The notes below the pieces were generated by a model. It ran no database searches. It was not told the origin of the DNA and saw only the letters and a list, made by a program, of their open reading frames with translations. Both the position numbers and the translations under genes were made by a program. Shown here in pieces: positions 13,395-25,197 of a stretch of DNA of 64,000 nucleotides (the first letter of the stretch is position 1; each line of letters begins with the position of its first letter). The stretch comes from Octopus sinensis (Eukaryota): positions 5,766,001-5,830,000 of the forward strand of contig NC_043001.1 in assembly GCF_006345805.1 (NCBI RefSeq), written 5' to 3'.

Positions 13395-13589
13395 GCCTTT
13401 TTAAAGCCTAGCCAGGCTCATGGGCCCGTTTCCTGGTTTCCATGGCGTATGTGCTCCCAAGCTGGATGGGACGCCAGTCCTTCACAACGTTTCTCATTTT
13501 TGCCTGCTGAGTGGACTGGAGCAGGAATAGAAACCACAGTCTTATGATCATGATGCTGACACCCTAACCACTAAGCAACGCGCCTCCAC
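13395..13589 (-). mobile_element. tRNA-derived SINE, body Y + tail A (internally deleted)
   Basis: Head TGGAGGCGCGTTGCTTAGTGGTTAGGG, body CTCCAGTCCACTCAGC, and a tail homologous to 12100-12185. Confidence 0.8.
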
Positions 13590-14182
13590 ATACAATAAAT
13601 CGAAACGTTAATAATATATTCTCCAATTATTTCTCTTATCGTGAAGCGTAGAAAAGGACATGAGGAAGACCTATATCATTATTTTTTTTAATACAGCTGC
13701 ATACAAAACAGTAAATTATTCTTACAGCAGGGAGTTTATTGTTATGTTACATTTAATACGGATCACGTGGATTTGCTTGCTAATCCGTTTCGGCAAAAGC
13801 AGCTTAATTCATGACTTATTTTCATCAGCTTCTTCATAGATATTTGAAATAAAGACCTCTTAATTGCTTGATCTGCGTAACTAAGAAATACGGATATATC
13901 CTTTATTAAAGGGAAAAACAAAACAAACGATACAAAGTGAAAACGCACAATGTTTAGGGTGTGCATAAATCAGTCTCCTTTGCCAAGCACGAGGTTTCGG
14001 GTTCTTTCCAAACGCACAGCATCTTGTGCGACACTCATGGGTCGACATATACACTGTGGATGAATATAATAAAGAGAAATCATCAAGTGGCCTGTCGTAT
14101 ATTTGTCTGTCTGTCTATCTGTCTATAACTATCTATCTTTATATATATATATATCTATATATATATATATATAATATATATA

Positions 14183-14271
<89 letters not shown>

Positions 14272-14848
14272 ATATATATATGTGTATATATATACATATA
14301 TACATACCCACAATTATATAAAATCGTCAAAATACACGGATGATAACTACAGAAATCAACCGAAGGCAAATCAGTTTAAGACAATCTTCCTACGTACATT
14401 TAATTATTTGGTCTCGCGTGGACCGATTTCTGCATTGGCAAAAATAGTCTTAGCCCCTTCGTCACGCATTACCATGATAGAGTCTTCTAACCTATTGTTT
14501 TGAAATCTGCGCTGCAGCTGATTCGTTTTGCGCTGAAATGATTGCAGCCACCAGTATGGAAATAATCTCGATACAGGGGCAAACAATTCACGAGAAAAAT
14601 AATTCAGGCAAACTTAATTTGCAAAGATATTATTAATTTCGTTATTATCCAGTGTAACTATTTTAAAAATGATAATAACAGAATCAATCATATAGGCCAC
14701 TGCATGGCCAAAAAAGGGCATTAAATAACTGAAGGATTAAAATTAGTCAAAGGACATACTAGAGTATATTTAGTTGCTGGAAATAAGAATCTTATTTAAA
14801 TTGCCAAAATACACTTCGGTTGATTTCTGCAGACTTCAAAGAATATTG

Positions 14849-14894
14849 ACAGTGACTTCGGGGTTTCGGCCAATTAAGCCATCAACACACTATA
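14849..14894 (-). ncRNA. Degenerate minimal type-I hammerhead ribozyme motif
   Basis: Minus strand: ATAGT-GTGTTGA-T-GGCT TAATT GGCC-GAA-ACCCCGAAGT-C-ACTGT. Stem I has 5 bp, stem II 4 bp, with a GUC cleavage triplet; the core differs from CUGANGA at positions 3 and 6. Confidence 0.55.
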
Positions 14895-15049
14895 TTTCAT
14901 AAAATTCATCTTTCGATTATAAGGTGTGCGTTAAAATTTTCCTTCGGTATTTAGTTGTGTGTTGAATGATAATAAGATGAGAAGGGACGAACTGTAAGGT
15001 GTTTGGGTAAAAAATTAGTGATTAAATTTGGGGTAAGGTATTATTTAAA

Positions 15050-15190
15050 ATTTATCTAAGTATGTAGGACTTGGTAAACAGGTGTGCATAATAAAATATA
15101 TCTCCTTTGATAGGTAGTTTTAGGCTGTGCTAGTAGCTTTCGCTATTTTAGGTTTTTATAGTATTTAATCCCCTATTTTATCAATAAAAC
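15050..15190 (-). pseudogene. Probable C-terminal remnant of a Penelope GIY-YIG endonuclease domain
   Basis: Frameshifted reading GIKYYKNLK…KLLAQPK…YQR…CL.KSYIL resembles the PLE C-terminus (IxYxLKWKILxxAxPY…CxLCLxE). It lies just upstream of the hammerhead at 14849-14894 on the same strand, as in PLEs. Confidence 0.4.
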
Positions 15191-15279
15191 TTTCAAAAGT
15201 ACAAAGTCCAGTATTTTAAACTGGACTTCATACTGTTCTATATTTAAGTGATGAGTAATTATGTACTTTGTTTTTTACA

Positions 15280-15420
15280 TTATTTATATTTAACGGATAT
15301 TTGTCCTCATCTTGTTTTTTGTTAACACAACGTTTCGGCTGATACACCCTCCAGCATTCATCAGGTGTCTTGGGGAAATTTCAAACCTGGGTTCTCATTC
15401 CTAAGGTATTTTTCGATGTT

Positions 15421-15516
<96 letters not shown>

Positions 15517-15589
15517 TAGGTCACTGCCTGGAATCGAACTCAGAATCTTGGGGTTAGTAACCCGCACTCTTAGCCACTACGCCATATGC
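15280..15589 (-). mobile_element. Composite element: tRNA-like Pol III head + (AAT)n linker + hammerhead-bearing PLE pLTR-like body
   Basis: Head 15589-15519 GCATATGGCGTAGTGGCTAAGAGTGCGGGTTACTAACCCCAAGATTCTGAGTTCGATTCCAGG has A-box TGGCGTAGTGG and B-box GTTCGATTCC. The body is repeated at 15591-15710 (+) and 25203-25345 (-). Confidence 0.8.
15324..15369 (-). ncRNA. Minimal type-I hammerhead ribozyme motif (PLE type)
   Basis: GACAC-CTGATGA-A-TGCTG GAGGGTGTAT CAGCC-GAA-ACGT-T-GTGTT: canonical core, 5-bp stem I, palindromic stem III ACGT; first stem II pair mutated in this copy. Confidence 0.8.
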
Positions 15590-15590
15590 A

Positions 15591-15710
15591 GAGGTTCGAA
15601 ATTACCCACGTAATCTGATGAAGACTGGAGGGTATATCAGCCGAAACCTTGTGTTAACAACAAACAAGATGACGACAAATAACCGTGAAATGTAAATAAT
15701 GTAAATAATG
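15591..15710 (+). mobile_element. Inverted partial copy of the hammerhead body, joined head-to-head to the tRNA-like head
   Basis: CTGATGAAGACTGGAGGGTATATCAGCCGAAACCTTGTGTTAACAACAAACAAGATGACGACAAAT aligns with the reverse complement of 15280-15390. Confidence 0.85.
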
Positions 15711-17161
15711 TGGATTTCGTACTGTCGACCTTTCTATTTGTAATTGGCAGAGCCAACTTTTCTGTAATGGAATATTTTAGAATCTCAGAAATAGATGTAA
15801 GTGATATGTTTCTGCCAGTCAGCTTCTTACCCTATTGTTACTGTTATTTAGAGTATTTTCCATCTATTGTTCAGAAGGTGGGAGCTATTTGCCAGGCATG
15901 ACACGGCGGTGATAGTATAGGCCGTGTTTATCTTGAGCTTTACCGTTCAAAATAGATCATTTAGAAACAAATGTAACTTCAATGCATGGAAGTTAGTCGA
16001 TGGTTTAACAAGAGGCAAATTCGAAGTCATTGTCAAACATAATTTTCTTTTAGAATAATGTATGTGTGCAGTGTGCGTGTGTGTGTGTGTGTGTTAATGT
16101 GCGTGTGCGTGTCCGCACGCGCGCTTAAATATATATATATATATATATATACATTATATTTGCTTTCTAATTGATATAAAATAATGATGATAATCGGATA
16201 ATCGTATCGCCGTGAATATAACTTTATTAATTATCGCCTATTATTACTATTCCACTTAAATCGGATGTTTATAATCCACACCTAATACATCGATAGATCA
16301 AATATAACTAAATACAAATAACAGAGCTCTGACAATCACAAAAGTTCATTGACTTTTATGAGTAAAACGTGCATTATGTTAAAAAAAAACAATACGACTT
16401 TTTTATTTGCCAACATATTCTCTGTGTTTGATTTGAAATAGGAAATTATATTATATAGTTGTGGACTAAGTCAAGAAGCAGCCTTTAAATCCACGCTTTT
16501 TTAAACTGTGTTTCCTGACCCTTGATGGGGGTGAATCACTGGAATTTCAGTTTATATGTTATTTCACAACGCACAATATACAACGTGATACGCCGTATTT
16601 AATACCGGGAACCGCGAAAAATCTCTTATTGAAAAATGGCGTCATGAATGAAAAAAAACGTTTAAAACGCGCTTGTTTAAATGCTTGAATATTGACTGTT
16701 TTCGGTTTATAATCATGATCTTCTTCTTGCTGTTGCTGTCCTCCCGAACGCCTAGGTCAGCTCTGGTAAATTTGCTCTGTGATTAATAGGAAAAACAGAC
16801 GTGACAATTATCGTCCTTGTTTTCTTGTTAATGCCGTGTATCGTGACGATATTACCTATTGCGTCGTTTCCTTTCTTGTTCGCTGTTGTTTTGTTCATCA
16901 CGCGACATCATAGACTCTACTTGCACACACATATATATATGTACATACACGCACAGGGACACAAACAAAGGCACATATTTATACGCAGACGTATAAAGTT
17001 ATATATAACTATTTATATATATGCATATATAGTATATGTACGTATCTATCAATCTATTTATATATCTATCTACATCTATCAGGATATCTATCTACTTCTC
17101 TCTCATTCTCTCTATAAATATATATGTTCGCTGACGCGTGAGTGTATGCATATTTATTTTA

Positions 17162-17211
<50 letters not shown>

Positions 17212-17871
17212 TGTACATTCACATATAAACAGACGTTTATGTTAAAACAATAAGCTTTCAACTGAAGGAGCATCTGGTTCCACCTGTAACATTTCCAACC
17301 AGTTCCAGTTCTTTGAATAAAGAGATAGTCTTGTGCAACTTCGTCCATTTCTTTAAATGCTATAACGGTGAAGAACCTAACAGAAAACTGCAGTAGTATG
17401 TATATCGGTGGTACTGCTTCCACGTACGCTAGACATTGCATGTTATTCCAGGCTCGGGTGGCGGGTGTTTTGGTTGGGCAGAACATTCAATTTAATCGGC
17501 TCTGCAATCTTTTCGACATCTTACGCATAAGAGACTTGTGCAACTTTACAGAAGTTATCGATATGATTGCGATTGGAGGAGGGGGTTGAATGCATTTCAT
17601 AGATTCAATCAGTATAAATAAATCAACTCTGTATTTCTTTCAGCAAATATTGAACACACAAACATCGTTTTCAAACACACACACGTGCATACGCCAGCAA
17701 ACACGTATACATACACACATACAAAACCTCACTACCATGTCCGTATTCTTTTAGCTTCAAATGTATCTATAAAATAATATACGTGCCACGTTTTCTATGC
17801 ATTTCATTCTCACATATATATATATAGTGTGTGGTGTTTTTGTATACATACTTATATACATATACATACGA

Positions 17872-17935
<64 letters not shown>

Positions 17936-19593
17936 TTGTATGTGTATGTATGGATGTATGTATATATATATGTATCCACTCTTACTTACACACAGATTCT
18001 GAAAGTAAAGAATCACTAACATGCACATATATAAATTGTTTTATTGATTAACTGTAGTGAAGAGTAAAATTATCAAAGTCTATCGGAAGAAATAAGTTAT
18101 GTATCTCTAGTTTGGTTGGCTGTTTTGGAGCGTGACTAAATGCTTCAAAACATTTAAACAATTCTAGGAAATGAATAACAATGATAAAATAACAATAAAA
18201 ACAAACTAAAACAATCCGCGAATGACATACTAGAATAATTCTTCTGCTCTTTGAATGGTATATTCAGAAAGGTCTATTTTGAACCGTTGTGATTGTAAAG
18301 TAAATTTTATTTCAAATCTTCAAAGCAGACAATCAATTTTGAGTGATTTTCTGTATACTTTTGAATATTTTTTTCATATTTTTATGAAAAAAATTGTTGA
18401 TAAAAGTACAAAATAACTATAAAATAATATTATTCAATAGAAAGTAGGAATACATCACTTTCTATGTAAATATATGAAAATTTAGGTATTGTTGCTACTG
18501 CTGCTGCTGTCTCTGGTAATAGTTGTTGTTATGATGTTTAGTAATGAATGTCCATGTGTGTGTGTGATATGATAAATCATTTATTCATAATGAGAATGGT
18601 ATTTGTTATGTTTCGACTTCATTTGATCTCTCCGATTGTGATTTTAGATTTTAACTCCAGCGGTGTTTTACTTTGATAGTTTAACAAAGACTTTGGCGAG
18701 CCAAATGAGTCAGTCGATTTAACAAATCAATTGAATTATACAAATACGATCATATTCAAACACACACACACACACCGATATAGATGCATGCACTCATATA
18801 CACACACACATACAAACAAACATATTCACGCTGGAGATAACAAAAACGGTCACATACACACAGAGAAACGCAGATATCAAAAAGTAACAAATTCGTTCTG
18901 TTATTTTCCTAATACTTTAATTACTTAAACAAATCAGGTTTTAACTAATTTCCCAAGTGATGTTGAAAGTGTAGGAATTATTCATAAAAGATGGCATTCA
19001 TAATTTATTCTCACTAAATTAACAGTTAGGATAATAGGATGGACTTTGCTTGCATGTTTGATAATTGTCCCTAGCAAGAGGCATGACTTATAATACCGAG
19101 CGTGACCTCGTCTTTTTGTAAATTCTTAGTAATAGCATGATGGAATAATTAATTTTATCAAATGATTTTGATTAATGCAAGAAAGACTAGAATCTAATCC
19201 TCTGGAGAGATAAGATGTGTGGTCAATAGATGTCAAAGAATAAAGACTGTTTCGTCAAAACAATATGAATCACAATGAACGAGCGGTGAGGAGGGTTATT
19301 TACATATGGCTGCTGTATATAAGAAATACGCTTGTGATGGCGGTGGTTTATTGATCGTATTCGTTGTTAGAACATGTTTCTTTGTTCGGAAAATTATTGC
19401 ATTGCTTGTTACATTTTAACCTTGTGTTACTTGTTATCGGAATGATATTTAGCACAACATTCATTCCGCGAACGGCACGGACTTTGCGTTGAGTACACAC
19501 TGCTTCTAAATCACAGGCTGCAATAATGATGGTAATAATAATGATAATAATAATAATTAATAATTAATAATAATAATAATAATAATAGTAACG

Positions 19594-19667
<74 letters not shown>

Positions 19668-19672
<5 letters not shown>

Positions 19673-19885
19673 TATTCAGACAAATACATAACAAAAACAC
19701 CAGGACTTACAAACACATATATCATACAGAAAATTGCACTACTAGGCACTGCACACATCCTACGCAGAGCACTTTCCATACAATAACCATCAGAGCATCA
19801 CAACAAATCACAGCACATACCCAAGGTACACAGAGCTGCGCTCGGTAGTGAAGTGAAAGCACGCTATAAAAATAAAACTACTGAA
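19668..19885 (+). mobile_element. Extreme 3' end of an R4/Dong-like element inside (TAA)n
   Basis: Reads KYSDKYITKTPGLTNTYIIQKIALLGTAHILRRALSIQ*, homologous to IVLMGTAHILRKILSM* at ~34072-34120; (TAA)n on both sides. Confidence 0.85.
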
Positions 19886-20801
19886 TAATAATAATAATAA
19901 TAATGAGGAGGAGAAGAAGTGGAAAAAGGAGAAGAAGAGGACGAAGAATAAGAAGAATAAGAAGAAGAAGGAAAAGAAGAAGAAGGAAAAGACGAAGAAA
20001 AAGGAAGTGGAGGAGTAGGAGGAGGAGAACAACAACAACAACAAAAAGAAAAACAACAACGACATAAAAGAAAAAGAAGGACTTGTTGCATTTGCTATGT
20101 TTTAAATTATGAATGAACACACACGCACACACACAGGCATATATGTACACGCAATATCATTCAATAGGTGGAAAACCAATTTCAAAAAAACATATACTGA
20201 TGTCAGCCTCTAATCATATCTTCTGAATGAGTTTCAAGTATTATCAAAGTTTCGTTACATGCAGGTCTAGGTTAAATGACCTCAAAGTGACAGGTTTGTT
20301 AAGTCGAACGTAGATGAAAGATATTTGACGAGTTCACAAGCGTTCCCTGACATTGGAAATCACACAAAGAAAGATACATGGATTCGATATATACTCATTA
20401 AACAAGGACATTGATTAAGAACACAAGAAGAAAGGACGATTGCGAGATTAGCCTCACACATTTTCTCTCTCCTTGGTCTATGTTTTTCGTAATTCTTCTT
20501 GTAGTTTATGTGTGTATATTGGTATGTATATATACATTTATAAAGAGAAAGTCTTACAGCTGTTTCTGGGATATTTTATTTATCCCTCCATTAGGGAGGG
20601 TGCGTGAAAATGGTTAAGCAATAGTTATTATACAGAAGGTATGAAATACAGAGTGAAGTGGAGGAAGGAAAAGAGAAGTCGAAGAGGTAGGGATATTTTA
20701 TCTGCAGTTCCATTATTTGAGCAGAATGGTATATATAGATAAGTTTCCTGTACCTTGTGCGTGGGTTCCAATGTTGCTTATAATTGGCCATTCCAAGCAT
20801 A

Positions 20802-21110
20802 GTTTTGTTGTTGGTTCCTTCTCGAGCCACGCCTGGCTCATAAGGGCCGGTTTCCCGGTTTTCTTGGTGTATGGGTTCCACACTTGGATGGGATGCCGAT
20901 CCGTCGCAGATGCGCTGCAAGATGCAGGAGGAAAGAGTGAGAGAAAGTTGTGGCGAAAGTATCAGCCGAAGTTTGCCATTACCTTCAGCCGGAATCGCGT
21001 GGAGCTCAGGTTTTTCGCTCATAAACACACACATCACCCAGTTTGAGATTCGAACCCGCGATACTTCGACCGCGAGTCTGCTGCTCTAACCACTAGGCCA
21101 TGTGCCTGCG
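20802..21110 (-). mobile_element. tRNA-derived SINE, body X + tail A
   Basis: Homologous to 11896-12197; 10-bp TSD CATTCCAAGC at 20789-20798 and 21111-21120. Confidence 0.9.
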
Positions 21111-21858
21111 CATTCCAAGCTTGTAAAAAGCGTTATACGATAGAGGGCTCTTTGAAGTGACCTAAAAGTTGGGAATGTGTTTAGAAGGTCAAATCAAAAA
21201 GAAGAGAGAAGAAAAAAGGAAAAAATGAAGAACCACAATCTTTGCTGCCTAGTGGTCAGTCGGGGTAAAATGATAGAAAGAGACGAGAGGGTACACAGTA
21301 AAGGAGAGTGAGGTATGTTGTGATAGAGCTACCGTGGAGAGCAAAGAGAGGGGAGAGGGCTAGTAAAATGATGGAATAAAAATTTGAAATAAAGGTTAAA
21401 ATGCTTAAAGGACAGGTCAGTGACGAGTGGTAGAAAAATTTATACCTGTGAAGATGTATACACATGTATATAGTCAATCATGTATATAGACATTTACACA
21501 CATCAATACATACATACGCATACAAAACACTTGTATGTTACATGCATTCCCGTATATACACGTTCATTTGAATCTAATTTTTGCAAATATAGAGTCATTT
21601 CTTGCATAGATAGATGTATGCATACAGGCTGGCAAAAGCGTATAAATGTGAGTGTATACATATACTCACGCACATACGGATATACACGTACACGCACAGA
21701 GTTAGGTATGTGTAAATATATCTACATCCACACAAACACATTTATAAATTGTGCTTATATAAAATATCTATAACTATAATCATACATATTCACCTGTACC
21801 CACTTGCATACTCATATATGCATACATACATAAGTGCAGACAGGTATACACGTATATA

Positions 21859-21903
<45 letters not shown>

Positions 21904-21974
21904 CGTGACCTCGTGTGTACCGTTGACGATTTTTTTCCTCTGTCTTTCCTTCTCTGGATCTTTCCTTCTCCCAT

Positions 21975-22009
21975 GTTTCCGACGAAGAGCTCCTCTCGAA
22001 ACGTTAAAC
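21975..22009 (+). ncRNA. Minimal hammerhead-like motif in a ~200-bp repeat unit (21900-22100)
   Basis: GTTT-CCGACGA-A-GAGC TCC TCTC-GAA-ACGT-T-AAAC: 4-bp stem I, palindromic stem III, core variant U4C. Confidence 0.65.
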
Positions 22010-22615
22010 CCTCCTTTCTTTCTTTCCCGAGCGTCTAATAATACTATATTTCTTCCACGTCCTCGTGTTGTGTTTTTTTTTGTGCTTTCTTGTTTGGATT
22101 AACTATCTCTGTTTTTTTCTTCTTCTTCCTCCTCTTCTTCATCATCATCATTATCATCATCATCGTCGTCATCATCATCACCACCATCATCACCATCATC
22201 TTCTCCTTCTCCTCCTTCTTCTTCTTCATCATCATCATCATCAACATCGTCATCTTCTTCTTCTTCTTCTACTTCTCCACCTTCTACCCCTTAACCTTGT
22301 CACTAATATCTTTCAGTATAACGCCTACGCAAATTCCATAAACAATTCCTGAATTGAACTGCGACTGCTGTCAGCCACTGACCATTCAAAATACGACCAT
22401 CAAGGCATTCCCAGATTTCCCCACCCCCCTCTCCACATCAGCCTCCTTATTCTTCACCTACCCTACCAAGAACTCACAACGACCTCGAACACACAAGTGC
22501 AAACAAGGGAGTCAGAGAAAGGCAGAATGCTACTTATATCTGAACACTACTATAGAAATATTCTTTTAAAAAAACTTTTCTTCTAATTTTTCTAAATTTA
22601 ATTATTTAATCGTTA

Positions 22616-22653
22616 CAGTTGAAAAGGTCTCAAAATGACCGAAACCGGTACTG
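22616..22653 (+). ncRNA. Degenerate minimal hammerhead motif
   Basis: CAG-TTGAAAA-GGTC TCAAAAT GACC-GAA-ACCGGT-A-CTG: perfect stems, palindromic stem III ACCGGT and GUA site; core C3U and G8A, which could still pair as U3-A8. Confidence 0.6.
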
Positions 22654-22769
22654 AAAGATTCACTATAAAATTATCTTAGCATTTTCTATTTTTGACTTGT
22701 TTTTTCATATATATCAACTCGTGTGTTCCTTTCCACCCTTATACACATATATATATATATTAATAAATA

Positions 22770-23575
22770 AAACACATGCATATATATATATATATATACA
22801 TATGTGTACGTACCTACCTCTACATGTATATATACACGCATATATGAGTAAAGGACAAATAACACAAGGAAAAAACTCCTTCTTCAGTCGCCATGGTTTC
22901 ATCTACTTTGCGTTTCGAAGGTGAAGGCGAGACGCATCTTCGATAGAAAACTTCCTTCCTGCAAAAAGCAAATGAAATAAAATTTGAGATCTTTTTGCAG
23001 AGGGGTAAAAATGGTAACAAAACCAGGACAGTAACGACAGTACAAAATATAAGCAGTAAAAGACAGGACAAGGAAAATAACAAGAAAAGAAGGGCTGTTA
23101 ACGCCGAACGAAAAAAGTATTACGAACGCTACTTCTGTGGACGGCGAAGGAGGCAAAAAAAATTGCCGTCCACACCTCAAGAAGGTGGCAAGGCTCTCGT
23201 CGCGGGTTAACGGTGGGAGAGAGGAGGAGGAGTAAGAGAAAGGGAGAGAAGAAAGGGGAATGGTTGTGAGGAAACCAGAAAGAATGAAGAATGAGAGAGA
23301 GGGAGAGAGAGAGAGAGTGAAGAATGAGAGAGAGATGGAGAGACAGTTAAGTAGAAGAAAAGGAAATCATAAAGAATGAAGGCTGAGAAAGGGTGGGGAC
23401 AGAAAGATTAAGAGTGCGCATCAAAATTGATATCAAGAACAATCTTACTTAGAAAGGGATGCGTGCGTTCCGTCATATAATATATTAGTAAATAAAACAT
23501 ATGCATATACATATACATATATGTACGTACCTACCTCTACATGTATATATACACGCATATATGAGTACAGGACAC
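22770..23575 (-). mobile_element. PLE-like non-coding unit with ~80-bp direct terminal repeats and a decayed hammerhead-like motif (22905-22950)
   Basis: GTACGTACCTACCTCTACATGTATATATACACGCATATATGAGTA occurs at ~22806-22850 and ~23523-23567. The minus strand has TTTT-CTATCGA-AGATG…CACCTTC-GAAACGC-AAAG. Confidence 0.5.
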
Positions 23576-23626
23576 CCAAAAAAAACGTCACGTATATACA
23601 CGCATACAGATATATACGTACGTATA

Positions 23627-23709
<83 letters not shown>

Positions 23710-23859
23710 TGCCCATATGCAGATACAATAAACATTTAACACCTTTGCATTCTTTTCCACTCTTATTCTTTAATTGATTTATACCTTTCATCCTAAATGC
23801 TGTCCAGTACTGTCACCTTTCCTAATGCCACTTTTCGCGATCAATGTTTGGTGCAGCTG

Positions 23860-24100
23860 TGCGTCCACTACTATTTCCCTGTTTAGATGCTTGTCCTGAT
23901 GTAGCTTCATCCGGCGCATTGGACAACAGAAAGTCCAACTCTATTCTAGGTAAATGTCTCAGACGTTTTGGTAACGGTTTAAACAGTCATGGGTCATTGA
24001 ATCTCGAGACGGGATGGTTGGCCCTTTGGGACAGTGCAACGACATCAAGTTCAGGGGATGATACAGCTCACCATTCCACAGTTGGGTACCACACTCTCGT
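23860..24100 (-). pseudogene. Old decayed 3' end of a CR1-group LINE
   Basis: Minus strand reads P*LFKPLPKRLRHLPRIELDFLLSNAPDEATSGQ, aligning with GPQLFNILPKCLRDL…KLDLFLLEVPDEPTSRQ of the LINE at 1938-2063. Confidence 0.65.
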
Positions 24101-24242
24101 GCCTCTTCCATACGCATGCACACAGAGTAGCGATAGCACCGACCTAGTTGATATGATATAACTATATATAGTGTGCGTGGGTGCGCATATTTATGTAAAA
24201 CGCACATATTAAACATGCAATGATATATATATTTTAACAAAA

Positions 24243-24280
24243 CTGTCCGACGAACGGGAACGGGAAACTCCGAGTAACAG
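24243..24280 (+). ncRNA. Degenerate minimal hammerhead motif
   Basis: CTGT-CCGACGA-ACGGGAACGG-GAA-ACTC C GAGT-A-ACAG: stems I and III perfect, GUA site, stem II decayed, core U4C. Confidence 0.6.
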
Positions 24281-24384
24281 CTTTTGTTGAATTTCTGCTG
24301 CTTTTAAATGAAGCATATTACTCTACCTCTGGCATTTGAGTACTCTTTTTTCCACCTTGCTTCACATCTATGTGTTTACTCCGT

Positions 24385-24392
24385 TATATATA

Positions 24393-24426
<34 letters not shown>

Positions 24427-24435
24427 CTATATATA

Positions 24436-24475
<40 letters not shown>

Positions 24476-24646
24476 ACATATATATATATATATATTTATA
24501 TATATACATATATATATGCATGTATACACACATACCCATATATATATATGTATACATATACATATATCTACATATATGCATGCATACATATATGTAAGCA
24601 TGCATGTATCACTCTATTTAACTTTCATTATCTATGTGTATATATC

Positions 24647-24690
<44 letters not shown>

Positions 24691-24752
24691 ATATATATAT
24701 ATTATATATTAATATATATATATATCTATATATATCTATATATATATATGTC

Positions 24753-24790
<38 letters not shown>
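24385..24790. repeat. Long imperfect (TA)n microsatellite, representative of more than 25 (TA)n/(TG)n/(GA)n/(AAT)n tracts in the window
   Basis: Seen directly; similar tracts at 2217-2345, 8140-8210, 12987-13190, 14140-14300, 36115-36286, 37277-37400, 55009-55082, 56556-56810. Confidence 0.97.
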
Positions 24791-24796
<6 letters not shown>

Positions 24797-24998
24797 TATT
24801 AGAGACAAAACCACTATTTTGCAAAAGACTTCATAATTTGAAACTGACTTATTGGAAGTCCACCTGAAGATTGTCGATCAAGACAAGAAACGATTGTAGT
24901 GGCGGTTTTTTTGACTATTTATTAAAATTTTATGTATTGGTTAAGTCTTTCCTTGTTTGTTTTGCAAAATAGTGGTTTTGTCTCTAATAATATTTTAT
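24788..24998. repeat. Perfect 39-bp inverted repeat enclosing a hammerhead
   Basis: ATAAAATATTATTAGAGACAAAACCACTATTTTGCAAAA (24788-24826) is the reverse complement of 24960-24998. Confidence 0.9.
24860..24902 (+). ncRNA. Minimal type-I hammerhead ribozyme, best-preserved copy
   Basis: CCAC-CTGAAGA-TTGTC GATCAA GACAA-GAA-ACGATTGT-A-GTGG: canonical CUGANGA/GAAA core, 4-bp stem I, 5-bp stem II, near-palindromic stem III, GUA cleavage after 24898. Confidence 0.85.
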
Positions 24999-25078
24999 AA
25001 TATTTTACTATAAATTTGGATTTAATCCTAAATCTGATTTTTTTCCCTGTAAATTTGGATTTATTCCCTAATATTTAT

Positions 25079-25112
<34 letters not shown>

Positions 25113-25119
25113 CATAGAC

Positions 25120-25197
<78 letters not shown>

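Noticed and set aside
15519-15589. tRNA gene (apparent ACT anticodon loop)
   Set aside because: Acceptor stem does not pair properly and it runs into an (AAT)n linker and repeat body; treated as a tRNA-derived head.
17250-17590. Non-repetitive, moderately GC-rich segment, possible exon or TE fragment (similar segments at 38000-38280, 46040-46240, 58420-58750)
   Set aside because: No recognisable protein motif or convincing splice-bounded ORF.
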